Positions 24,312 through 35,357 of a stretch of DNA of 64,000 nucleotides are shown piece after piece; the first letter of the stretch is position 1; every line of letters begins with the position of its first letter. A program made the position numbers and the translations under genes. Source of the stretch: Blepharisma stoltei ATCC 30299 (lineage: Eukaryota; Protista; Ciliophora). Below the pieces are notes generated by a model. It saw only the letters and a program-made list of their open reading frames with translations, had not been told where the DNA came from and ran no database searches. The stretch covers positions 310,001 to 374,000 of the forward strand of contig CBFDEM010000024.1 of the NCBI GenBank assembly GCA_965603825.1, given 5' to 3'.

Positions 24312-25850
24312 TTAATTCTGGTTCATGAACTGGAACCCATCAATGTGCTGAAAACCATCATTTGGCTGAAATGGTGGCAGCGTACAGTCTTCAGCGCTTA
24401 AGGAAGGCAACTTTGCGAATTTAAAATCTGGCTGGAAGTTGCTTTCTTCCCCAATCGAAGGGATTTTCATCAATTTAAAATTCTCAGGGTTGAAATTGCT
24501 TTCCTCTCCAATTGAGGAAGCTTTCATATATTTGTAATTTTCAGGTTGAAACATATAATCATCTCCAAGAGATGGTAATTTTGTAAATCTAAATCCTTCA
24601 GGCTCAGGCCCATCTCTTGACGGAAGAGGAAAAGCTGGAGAAAAAGGGCCATCTTGGTTTAAGAATGATAAAGGATCCCCTCTCCCAAAACTGCTTGCTG
24701 AATCTAATTTGTGGTATCCTAATTCCTCACTATTAAAAGGTGGCTGATTTTGAGGATCAAACGGATCGAAATAATTTGGTACAAAAGCCCCTGGAGAATC
24801 TTTTATTGGCAAAAAATTTTTTGGAGGTTCATTTGGTTTTGCTATATCAAATTGACTGCTGGGTATTGGCTGAGATATGCTATGCAGCAGACTTGCTGAT
24901 TCAATTTCTTGCTGCTCCTCAATTTTTTTTTTATGAGATCGTGTAACCGGCGCACATAAAACAATTGAAGGCCTTCGTATTGCGTTAATTGTGTCTTCGA
25001 AAATGACTTTGCTGCTAGTTTCGCTGCTTTTTGGAGAGTCTTTTTCTGATTCAATGGCCGATTTTTTATATCTCTTAAAGCTGTCAGACTTTTTTAAGTC
25101 ATCTGATTTCTTCAGGCTATCTGATTTTTTCAAGCTCTTTGAGCTATTTAACTTTTTTAAACTATCTTCTCTTTTTAGGCTATTTTCGCTTCTTAAGCTA
25201 TCTGCTGAAATAGGGCTATCTTCTGTTTTTATAGAGTCTGTACGTTTCAAGCTTTCAGATCGCTTTAAGCTATCAGACCTTTTCAAGCTATCAGCTCTTT
25301 TCAATAAACTTGCTCTTTTTAGACCCTCTTCTCTCATCAATCTGTCCAATTCTTTTTCTTCTTTTGTTCTTTTTCTTTCAGAATGCACACTCAATACTTT
25401 CAAAATTTCTGGATCTTTTATCAACTCTTGAATACTTCCATGCAGCTGCTCATTTTCAGGCACTCTTTTGTTATATCTTCGTAGATTTCTACGTAGTGTA
25501 CTGTAAAAATAATTTTTGATTGCATTGTCTGTTCGCCCAGGCAAGTGTTTTACCATCTTAGACCAGCAGTTCCCGTATTTTTGTTGGCATTCAAATAAGG
25601 TTTTTTCTTCTTCAAGAGATCAGCCTTCATTTTTAATGTTGGGGTCTAGATGGTTAAATCATCTCTCTCTGCATTGTTTCCCTGTTCTAGATAAATTTTA
25701 CCTTCCTTCGATGACGTTCTTTTCTTCAAGAATTCGAGCAATTTTAGTTCATTTTTTGAGGCCGAGCTCTTCTACTAATGATTTGATAGCTTCATCAGCC
25801 TATTTAGAAAATACTTCTAAAGGCCAAAAATTTCGATCATAGTTAGACAT
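24312..25850 (-). CDS. R2R3-Myb transcription factor with long repetitive C-terminus, ~502 aa
   Basis: ATG 25850; introns 25800-25814 and 25687-25701. Reads ...KKW(TGA)TKIA...GRTGKQCRERW(TGA)FNHLDP...W(TGA)SLEEE...GNCWSKMVKHLPGRTDNAIKN. Confidence 0.92.
24375..24600 (-). repeat. Coding ~19-aa tandem repeat x4 in the Myb C-terminus
   Basis: EGFRFTKLPSLGDDYMFQP / ENYKYMKASSIGEESNFNP / ENFKLMKIPSIGEESNFQP / DFKFAKLPSLSAEDCTLPP. Confidence 0.85.
25071..25325 (-). repeat. Coding 6-aa (18-nt) tandem repeat (S-L-K-R/K-x-D), ~13 degenerate units, in the Myb gene
   Basis: GLKRAS LLKRAD SLKRSD SLKRSE SLKRTD ... SLKRED ... SLKKSD SLKKSD DLKKSD SFKR. Confidence 0.85.
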
Positions 25851-26207
25851 TTTTATATGAATAATATGGATTGAGTTAGGTTGATTTAGTAAACTGGAGA
25901 AGTAATTTTAACATTTTAATTTTATTTCTATGATAATTTTTCTTATTGCTCATCTAATTTCATAAATTTTATAGTGTAATCTCCTTAATATTATTTGATA
26001 GACAATTCATCACTATTTTCTTAAAATATATTTTTTATTGTAGCTTCTAAGGATGCCTGCGCCGCAAAGACTTTTTTTAGTTGGCATATTTGCTTTAATT
26101 CTTTTTAAATTTTATCAATTTGCTTTGTTGCATTTTATTTCAATCTTTTTTATCTTTTTTTAAATTTTGATAAATCCTATTTATATATCCGATTATATAA
26201 TGAAAAT

Positions 26208-26447
26208 ATGATGCTTTTTAAGCAACATAGACCAGAAGAAGCAGATGAAGAATCTTTTGCTAGTATTATTTCTATTTCAAATAACAGCCCTGATGAGTTG
26301 CTAAAGATAAACCAAAGCTGTGTAGAGGTTTCTTTTTATTCGGTCATCAATTTTTATCAGGATGAGGATGAAACAAACCCAGAAACTATAAAACAAACTC
26401 CACCTCCAATTGGAAAAGCACATTGTTGCAAATGCTCAATATTTTAG
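26208..26447 (+). CDS. Small acidic protein with C-terminal CCxCaaX (HCCKCSIF), 79 aa
   Basis: Short ORF with coding-like composition between AT-rich spacers, ending in a prenylation/palmitoylation-type motif. Confidence 0.6.
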   Translation: MMLFKQHRPEEADEESFASIISISNNSPDELLKINQSCVEVSFYSVINFYQDEDETNPETIKQTPPPIGKAHCCKCSIF

Positions 26448-26956
26448 GCCAAAGTCATTACATTTTTGTAATATCTGTAATTTAAAACTCTTTCGCTAAA
26501 TTTCTAACTAAAATTGATTTGTTTCAATATTTAGCATTATTTTAATTTTCCTGGCATAAAATAGGCTATCATATCTCGTAAGGTATGAAATCTTATATTT
26601 AAGAGACGTTGATGAAGGTTTTATAAAGTACTTAAATATTCGTTAATAAAAATCTACACCTGTTAGGATAGAAAAATGAAACTTTGAAAAGCAGTCAAAA
26701 AAAAAGTTAAAATAAAAAATTATATAATAACACCGAATTTTGGGCTTTTTATACAATATAGGAAAAGATTTGGATTGTTTTCATAAAATGTGGGCGGTAT
26801 TTAATTCATATATTATGGTCATTTATAAAATATAATTTGAATTTACTTTTTGCCTTTTGAAGAGTGTTTAAGTCAAAATACCCTTGCAATTATCTATAAA
26901 ACTATTCTTTTACATCCTCAATTTTTATTATCTAATAATTAACATTAAAATCTTAT

Positions 26957-28174
26957 CTATTTAATCGGATCATTTTTTTCTTTTTCATTCAGTAACTCCC
27001 ATTGACAAGATTTTGGTGGCTTTGTTCTTGAAATCCATAAGAAAACCCCAAAAGAAAGAAGCACTAAAAATGCAGCAACCCATAGTCCTGTATAGTGAGT
27101 AAAAGTACTGAAATATTGAACTGGATAAGTATAAATTAATGATAGTATCTGCGCCATAAAGAAAATCATGTTTGTAGGAATAGATTCTTCAATCCTCAAA
27201 TTCTGTTCCACTGCACATCTGATTCCAAGAGGCACGAATCCAACTAAGCTGAAACCAACAAAAACACTTCCAATAATTGCTAAAAGTAAAGTTCCAATTA
27301 GCGCAGCCCAAAAGATCATTGAAAAGATGCTGAGTACTAAAAACACTCTTAACGGCTTCAAAATAGCTTTAAATTTTTCCACTAAACAAGTAGCTATTAA
27401 GCCGCCAAACATCCCAGTCATAACCAAGCTAAAGCCGATCCACCCCACTTCTACAGACCTCATGCCTGTGGTTGATAGCAATTGTCCCATAATTCCAAGT
27501 ACTGTATAGCTTACTGCAACTCCGCTGCTGGAGCAAAGCACAATTCCAAGCATTTTTTTATCCTTTAAAGCTTCTTTGCACGATTCTTGGAAATTTTCAA
27601 AGTTTTGCTCAAGATTTATGTTTTCTTTTTTCGAAAAAACTGCATTAATAATCAAAAACAGGCTCGCATATAGTGCTTCCGCAAACATAAGAACTGGAAC
27701 GTTGTTGACATATGGAGGAATTACAAAACCGCACCCGATACCCACAAAATTGCTGAGGCTGCCAATTGTGGTAGCTAAAAGTTGCTCTTTAGGAGGAAAC
27801 CACTTAGCAGCTAAAGTGGAACAGCCTGGCAAGACCATACTGTTTAAAGAAGCTACAAGAAATTGGCCTATTAAAGCGAGTGCGAAATTTGGACCTGCAA
27901 CATACCGAATTCAGCAACCAATGCAGGTTATGAGCCAGCCAATATTCATGCACCAATAATAATTTCGGCCAAGCGCCCAGGAAGCGAATGGGGCAAATGG
28001 CAGATACATTATGAAATAGCTTTCTTCAAATAAATTGATCAAGTTTGCACTCGCACCATAGTACTCTTGAGCCTTTTCAGTGATCGGAGTTAAAGTGCAT
28101 CAGACAAGGCCATTCATAGAGCTTATCCCAACATAACATAACAGCATAAGCCATCTCCTTGGAGAAGGTTCCAT
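26957..28174 (-). CDS. MFS transporter, SLC49 (FLVCR/DIRC2)-like, 405 aa
   Basis: ATG 28174 gives MEPSPRRWLML...NGLVW(TGA)CTLTPI; also LAAKWFPPKEQLLATTIG and ~12 hydrophobic helices. Confidence 0.87.
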
Positions 28175-28469
28175 TCTAATTAATAATCAAATTTAATTGG
28201 ATTCGCTAATATTAATAGTTTGCCCATACTTTGAAAATTTATGTCTTTTATTTAGAGCGTAGAGACAGCTTCGACTCTAGAGATATAAACTTGCTTATAT
28301 ATATAAAATCCCCAAAAATAGAAGTCAGCGGACGATCCGGTTTATGAAAAAGCAAAATAACCATTAAGATTTTCTTTAAATAAATTGAGAATCATTTTCA
28401 TCAGAGTATACAGTTTAAGATATAATTAGCTTATTTTTCAGATAATCCCCCTTATGTAAATTTAATATA

Positions 28470-30620
28470 ATGCAAAACAAAGGAAACTCTTTTAACACGC
28501 TTTTCAGTGGGTTTAGAAATGACAGTTCTGATGAAGAAGGAGAAGTAAAGGAACAACATCAATTTATTACAGACCCAGAACAAATGCGTTGTGATACGAT
28601 TCTGACTAATAAACAAGTTGAAATTTTTCTCAAATATTTGAGCGCACCAAATTTTAATTTCACAAAAATTTGGCTTAATAAATTCAACCTTGTTGCAAAT
28701 AAACATTATGGAATTATTTCAAAAAATGATGCTTTATTTAAGCTTTACAAAACAATTGTTATCAATATAACTCAAGATATCTACCCTATGATAGAAGAAG
28801 ACAAAGATATGGCTCCTGCAATTTTAGAAATATTTTCAGAGCTTTACTATAGAAAAGATTTTCCTCCATATCAGCATATAATTGATGAATATCGTATCGA
28901 TGTTTTAAATCAGCGAGTTGTAGATATTGTTAATGAAGTCAGAAAAGAAGCCTATAAGACGAGGAAAAGAGAAAAAAACCAAAAAAGTCGGCAAAAAGAA
29001 GCCCAAAGAAAAAGAGAAAAAATAAAAATAGATTTAGATCCGTATGATTCTGTATGCCTACCTATCAAAAGGGACAGAGAGGACACAGAGCTATCGCCTG
29101 AGCCAAAAACTCAGCCTGATGAGCCCATAAATTTAGATCAAAACTTCCAAGCGGAACTCGCAATGAACAGTTTGTGGCTAACAGGGCTAGAACACAACCA
29201 AGAAGCAAACTCTGACAATAATCAAATGCAAATTGATGGTAAAGAAGCTTCAGTTCAAATCAAAAACTCACAAATTGATGAGGAAATCAGCCAAAAATTA
29301 AACCATGAAGAAGAAATTAAAGTCAATGATAGTGAAGTAAAGGCTGAAATGGATGTTGAAGAAAACAAAGAAATGGAAAATAGCAATAAGCAATATGAGA
29401 TCAATAATGCTGAAGAAAGCAGAGATATACAAATAGAAAAAAGAGAGATGACAATAAAAGGAGAAGAAGCTGATGGATGGGGGGATTTTGAAGAATGAAG
29501 TGAAGTGCCAGAGCAAAATAATAAAGGAAAGACTACTGCTGAGAATATTGACGAAATTACAGATGTCAAGCCGCTTTCTTTAAATCCTAAAAGAGAGGAA
29601 AAGGATGTATTTTTAATACCAGAGTTCCGAAATGAAGAAAGATCTAATGCAAGGCTTGATCCTCGAGCTGTCGCGTTTTTGAAAGCAAGAGGAATCGATT
29701 TTTTGCTGGAATCCCCAACTATAATGGAAAAGCTCGAAAAATTTCATATAATTTTAGACATCGATAATACACTTGTTGCAGCAAATTCAGAAGTAACTGT
29801 AAAAGCATTAAAAACACCTATTCCTGCTCATACTCAAAAAATCTTCGTTAAAGATTGTCCAATTTATGTAGCACAACGCCCTGGGGTTAGTGAATTCTTA
29901 GAATTAATATCTAAATTCGCTGAACTTTATGCTTATTCTCATGGCAGTGTCGACTATGCAGCAGAAGTGATTAAAATTCTTGATCCATCCAAAAAATACT
30001 TCAAAGGAAGAGTTTTGGGTTCTGAAAATAATATAAATGCAAATATGAGAAAAAGCTTAGAAATATTCTCCTCAAAGTCAGGAATAAGCATAAATCCAGA
30101 TCTACTTTTAGTAATTGACGATCAAATGGTCGTATGAGACAACCCCATTTACTGCATTCCTGTTGTTCCTTATTACCCAATGAAAATACCTAACAAAAAT
30201 ACTTTTATTTGCCATCCAAGGCTTATAGAATTATATAACGAAGAGAATTTGCCCTTTATTTATGAGCCCCCTGCACAATCGAATCTCTTAAATATAGCGG
30301 AAGCCTTAAAAGAGTCATATTCACAATTTATATCAAATAACTGCAAAAAGACAGCAATATTCGAGTTTACTGATTATAGGAATAGCATTTTAAAAGGAAC
30401 CCCGCTATCTTTTAATGTTTATGAAACAAGGGTTGGTCAAGGTGATTATACAGCAAACAAGCTTAAGAGCTATAAAATTATAGCAGAGTCACTAGGAGCA
30501 TCTACTAGCACAAACGGTTTTGAAGTAGTTGAAACAACTAAATATACAACTGAAGTCTCAACAGCATGGCTCCTGGATTGTTACCTTCATATTCGATCAA
30601 TTCCAAGGTTTAATAATTAA
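28470..30620 (+). CDS. FCP1/CPL-like HAD phosphatase (CTD phosphatase family) with C-terminal BRCT-like domain and long N-terminal extension, 716 aa
   Basis: Three ORFs joined by TGA=Trp. Motifs ILDIDNTLV (DxDxT), RPGVSEFL, YAAEVIKILDP..KYF and VIDD..VW; the BRCT-like end is VSTAWLLDC. Confidence 0.85.
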
Positions 30621-30886
30621 AAATTATGTTTTATAATCTTTAATTTAAAAATCCTTATAGATACAAGCCCCATCAGTCACAAATGAGCTACTCAGTCATG
30701 AAATTAGTCATTGGCAGTTTATGCTGCTTTAAATGCTTGCTTTTAAGGTTTTTATATCAGTGAATTTTAAACATAAAGATTAGTGAAGTAATATTATCAA
30801 AATCCAAAAGTGAGGATAAGATCTAAGTCAAAAATTCATGTTCTCTAAAATGAATGCTAAAGTCAGAAATAAATTTATAAACCAAA

Positions 30887-31732
30887 ATGGGTTCTTCCGA
30901 GAGCAATTGTGGATTTAGAGTTATCGATGTAAACCCAACCTCTCCAGCCCATCAAGCAGGGTTGATAAGCTATCTTGACTTCATTGTCTATGCCAATGGT
31001 ATCAGGCTTCAACAAGATGGACCGCTTCAGAATATAATTTCTAAGAGTATCAGATGCAAAGTATTTTTGAAAGTTTTCAATATTTTGGATCAAGCATTTA
31101 GAGAAATAATTGTAACCCCTAGAAATGATTGGGGAGGTGAAGGACTATTAGGTGCTACATTGAGGTGGGAAGACTGAACAGAAATTCCTAGCTTAAGAAT
31201 TATCGAAGTTTTTCCTAATTCTTTAGCTTCAGAGCTTGGTTTAGTAGAGAATACTGACTTTATATTAGGAACTGCAGATGAGACTTTAAATAGTTTGAGC
31301 AGACTTGAAGGGATTCTTAGACATTATGAGGAAGCCACGCTATTTGTATATAACTCAGAAATTGGTGAGGTCAGAAAAATCCATGTAAAAAACCCAGAGA
31401 AAAAAAGCTTAGGCTGTGGCGTTGGTGAGGGTGTTTTTCACGCATTAGACAAAGCTAAAATAGAAGCATTAAAAAAAGAAAAATCAGAAGCTAAACAAGA
31501 AAAACCAGAAGAAAAGAAAGAAGACGTAATTGTTACAGTTCCACAGCAAAAGCCAAAAGATGAAAATATCCCTCCACCCCCTCCACCCAAAGCAGAAACC
31601 CACAACATTGAAAAAAAGCCCGAAAGCAGCGGGGTAATCAAATTGTTACCACCTCCAAGCATATATGACCTCAATGATGAGAAAGCAGGCTTTCAAACCA
31701 ATATATTAAAATCAAAATATATCATTCAATAA
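30887..31732 (+). CDS. GRASP: Golgi reassembly-stacking protein (GRASP55/65 family), 281 aa
   Basis: Myristoylation start MGSSES. PDZ-like motifs GFRVIDVNPTSPAHQAGL, WGGEGLLGATLR and LGCGVGEGVFH; Pro-rich tail; one TGA=Trp. Confidence 0.92.
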
Positions 31733-31831
31733 TTAATTAGCAAATTATCAAATTTATTAGCCTACAGCTAATTACGATTATTCAGTATTGTTTCTACTGA
31801 TTTAAAATTAAAAATAATTACTTATTTTAAA

Positions 31832-33418
31832 ATGGGAGTAGGCACTTGCTGTGGAAAACACAACAGAGACTTAAAACGACCTTCTAGAAGAGAATCGACA
31901 GACACCATGCATCTGGCTGAAAAGCTAAATAATCGCGACTCAAAAATTCACATAAAAAGCGACAGTATTGGTTAAATAGACATCCAAAAATATTATGACG
32001 TTGAATGGGAAATCGGAAGTGGGCATTTTGGGAAAGTCAAAAGAGCTTTTAGCAAAGACGTAAAAATCTCTCAAGACTTCGCTATAAAAAGCATCCCGAA
32101 GTCAAAAATCAAAGGCAGAGTGGAGCTTTTGCAAAGGGAACTAGGGTCTCTTATGGTAGTAGATCACCCAAATATAATCAGACTTTATGAGGTATATGAA
32201 GATAAGCATTATATACATTTAGTGATGGAATTATGCACAGGAGGAGATTTGTTTACACAATTATTAGAAAAAGGTAGGTACAATGAAGGAGAGGCTGCAA
32301 GAATTATTTATTCAATCCTCCATGCATTAAGCTACTTGCACAGCTTGCATATCGTGCATAGAGACTTAAAGCCTGAAAATATTATGTTTGCCACTCATGA
32401 TGCAAATGCTGAAGTCAAACTGATTGATTTTGGCCTTGCAAAAAAATTTATTACAGAGGACTGTTTATTGCATACTCCTGTTGGCACTTCTTATTATGTG
32501 GCACCTGAGGTGCTTCAAAATAACTACGGACCCTCATGTGATATATGAAGCTTAGGTGTTATTTTATATATGCTTTTAACTGGAAAGCCACCTTTTAATG
32601 GTAGATCAGATTTAACAATTTTCAAAAATATTTTATCTTGCTCATATCCAAAAGAAGGAAGTTCTGAGTGAGAATCTTTATCTGAAGACGCGCATGATTT
32701 ATTGACAAAAATGCTTAATTCAGCACCTCAGCATAGAATTACCGCGAGTGATGCCCTAAACCATCGGTGGTTTGAAAAGAGAAACCATAAAGACTCGAGA
32801 GTTATAGATAAAATTATCTTCAGCAGGCTAAAAAAGCAAGTCTACACAAATCAATTAGTAAAAGAGAGCATGAAGCTTATGATAAAATATACAAAAGAAG
32901 AGGATATCAGTCAATTAAATGACATTTTTAGAGAACTTGATCAAGAGCACACAGGACTTTTAACTCCTTCGGAGCTAAAAGAAGGGCTGATTAAAGCAGG
33001 AATTTCTTTGGACATGGAAACAATAGAAAATATTATTAGAAATGCAGCATATGATGAAGGAGATAAACTTGATTATACAGCTTTTATAGCGGCCACGTTG
33101 GATAGGAAGTTATTACACAATAAAGACACTCTTTGACTTGCTTTTAAGCAATTTGATATAGATAACACAGGAACAATTTCTATAGAAAACTTAAAAGAAG
33201 TGTTTAATAGAGGAGGCAAAAAAATAAGGAAAAAAGAATTACGGAAAATTCTTGAGATTTATGGAATTGATGAAAATAAAGGAATTAAATTTGAAAATTT
33301 TTGCAATATTTTTCAAAGTAATGTTAATTTAGAAAATGATGAAGATATTTCTAGTTTGGAAAGTGTCTATTCGAGAAGAGGGCCAGAAAAAAGTGTCATG
33401 GATAGCAATAGAGTATAG
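31832..33418 (+). CDS. Calcium-dependent protein kinase-like (CDPK), ~523 aa, EF2/EF4 degenerate
   Basis: Starts MGVGTCCG; intron 31965-31979. Motifs GSGHFG, HRDLKPEN, DFG, APE and CDIW(TGA)SLG; calmodulin-like C-terminus. Confidence 0.92.
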
Positions 33419-33707
33419 CTTTAATTATAATTTATCAGTCTTTTTTGTACAAATAAAAAACTCAAAAAATATAGCAGCCTTAGCCTTAGGAAGATTCTTT
33501 GCTATAATTAGAGATTTATAAAAACTTGACTTCATTAATAATTTTTATTAAATAGACAATTATGATTCTAGTAATTAAAAGCTCTTTATTAATGTAATAT
33601 ATTAATTCTAGCTTTTATGAAATAAAATAATTAATTTTTCTGGTAAATTCGAAAAATTAATAAATAGTAACAGTTTATTAATGTTTTTTATTTTATAAAC
33701 AAAACAA

Positions 33708-35252
33708 ATGGGAAAATGTTTTAGTAAATCCAGGAAAGAGCCGATAGATAAAATTTCAAAGCAGCAGCCTCCAACTTCTGATACTCTTATTGATAAAATG
33801 ACACATAGAGGTTCAACTGTTCCAATTATTTATGACAGTATTTTTTAACCAGATATTCAGAAATATTACGATCTTCAGGTTTCTATTGGTAGCGGACGCT
33901 TTGGAAATGTTAAAAAGGCTCTGAGTAAAGATAAAAAAGTCGAGCAAGAATTTGCAATAAAGAGCATCCCAAAATCAAAAGTTATTGGCGATTTAGAAGT
34001 TCTTTTAAGAGAATTAGCTTATCTTATGATTGTTGATCATCCAAATATAATCAGACTCTATGAAGTCTATGAAGACAGTAAATACATTCATTTAGTTTTA
34101 GAATTATGCACAGGAGGAGAGCTTTTTACACAATTATTAGAAAAAGGAAAATATGCAGAAAGTGAAGCTGCAAGGATCATTTATTCAATACTTCATGCAT
34201 TGAGCCACCTGCATAGCCTTGGAATTGTGCATCGAGACATCAAGCCAGAAAATATTCTATTCTCTACTCCAGATTCTGATGCAGAAATAAAATTAATTGA
34301 TTTTGGGCTTTCAGCTAAATACAATAAAGAGAAAACACTAATGCATACATCTGTAGGGACAGTTTATTATATTGCTCCAGAAGTGCTTAAAAATAACTAT
34401 AAAGAATCTTGCGACGTTTGAAGCTTAGGGGTGATAATGTACATGCTATTGACTGGAAACTTGCCTTTTCAAGGAGTATCAGATAATGAAATTATTTCAA
34501 ACATTCTTAGCTGCTCATATCCAAATGAAGGAAATCCTGAATGAGATTCACTTTCAGAAGATGCTCGAGATTTGATAGCAAAATTACTGAACCCAAATTT
34601 CGAAGAAAGAATTTCAGCTTGCGACGCATTAGATCACCCCTGGCTTATAAAAAGAAACCAAAAAGATGTCAAAATGATCGAAAGCAAGGTTTTCGATAGG
34701 CTGCAAAAGCAAACATCCACAAATCAACTGGTCAGAGAATCTACAAAATTTATGGTGAAGTATGTCAAAGAAAAGAAAATTCGTAAACTCAACCACGTTT
34801 ACAGAGGGCTTGACAAAGATCATTCAGGCTTTATATCAGTGGCAGAGCTAAAGGAAGGGCTTGAAAAAGCTGGAATTTTTAAAGATCATTCTGAGGTCGA
34901 AAATATTATCAGAAATTTAGCATATAGTGAAGAAGAGCGACTTGATTACACAGATTTCATTTCAGCTACACTAGATAAAAAAGATTTATACAATAAAGAT
35001 ATATTGTGGATCGTATTTAAGCAGCTTGATGTTGATAACAGTGGGGACATCTCTTTGGATAATCTGAAAGAAGTTTGCAGCAGAAGAGGGAAAAAGGTGT
35101 CAAAAAACGAATTTAAAGAAATTTTGAAGCAATATGGACTGGAAGAGAAAGAAGGTATCAACTATGAAGATTTTTGTAGGATATTTGAAGGTAAAATACA
35201 TATAGGCAGCTCTGATGTAGATAAATTATCACATCGAATTTCTGAGGAGTAG
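33708..35252 (+). CDS. CDPK-like tandem paralog, ~509 aa, EF2/EF4 degenerate
   Basis: Starts MGKCFS; intron 33838-33852 at the same position as in the upstream paralog. HRDIKPEN, DFG, APE, CDVW(TGA)SLG. Confidence 0.92.
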
Positions 35253-35357
35253 TGTAATTTAAATATTTATGTAATATTGGAGAAAGAATTTACTGGAATT
35301 TTTAAATCAAAAATATTTAATTTTTTTCTGCATAATTGCTATAATAAAATTTGTCTA

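Noticed and set aside
25071-25325. 18-nt periodic repeat as a CRISPR-like or telomeric array
   Set aside because: It is a degenerate in-frame coding repeat without spacers, and no C4A2/CCCTAACA-type telomeric repeats are seen.
26343-26360. Possible 18-nt intron gtcatcaatttttatcag in the 79-aa ORF
   Set aside because: Atypical donor and length, A at -5 rather than -6, and not required for the frame.
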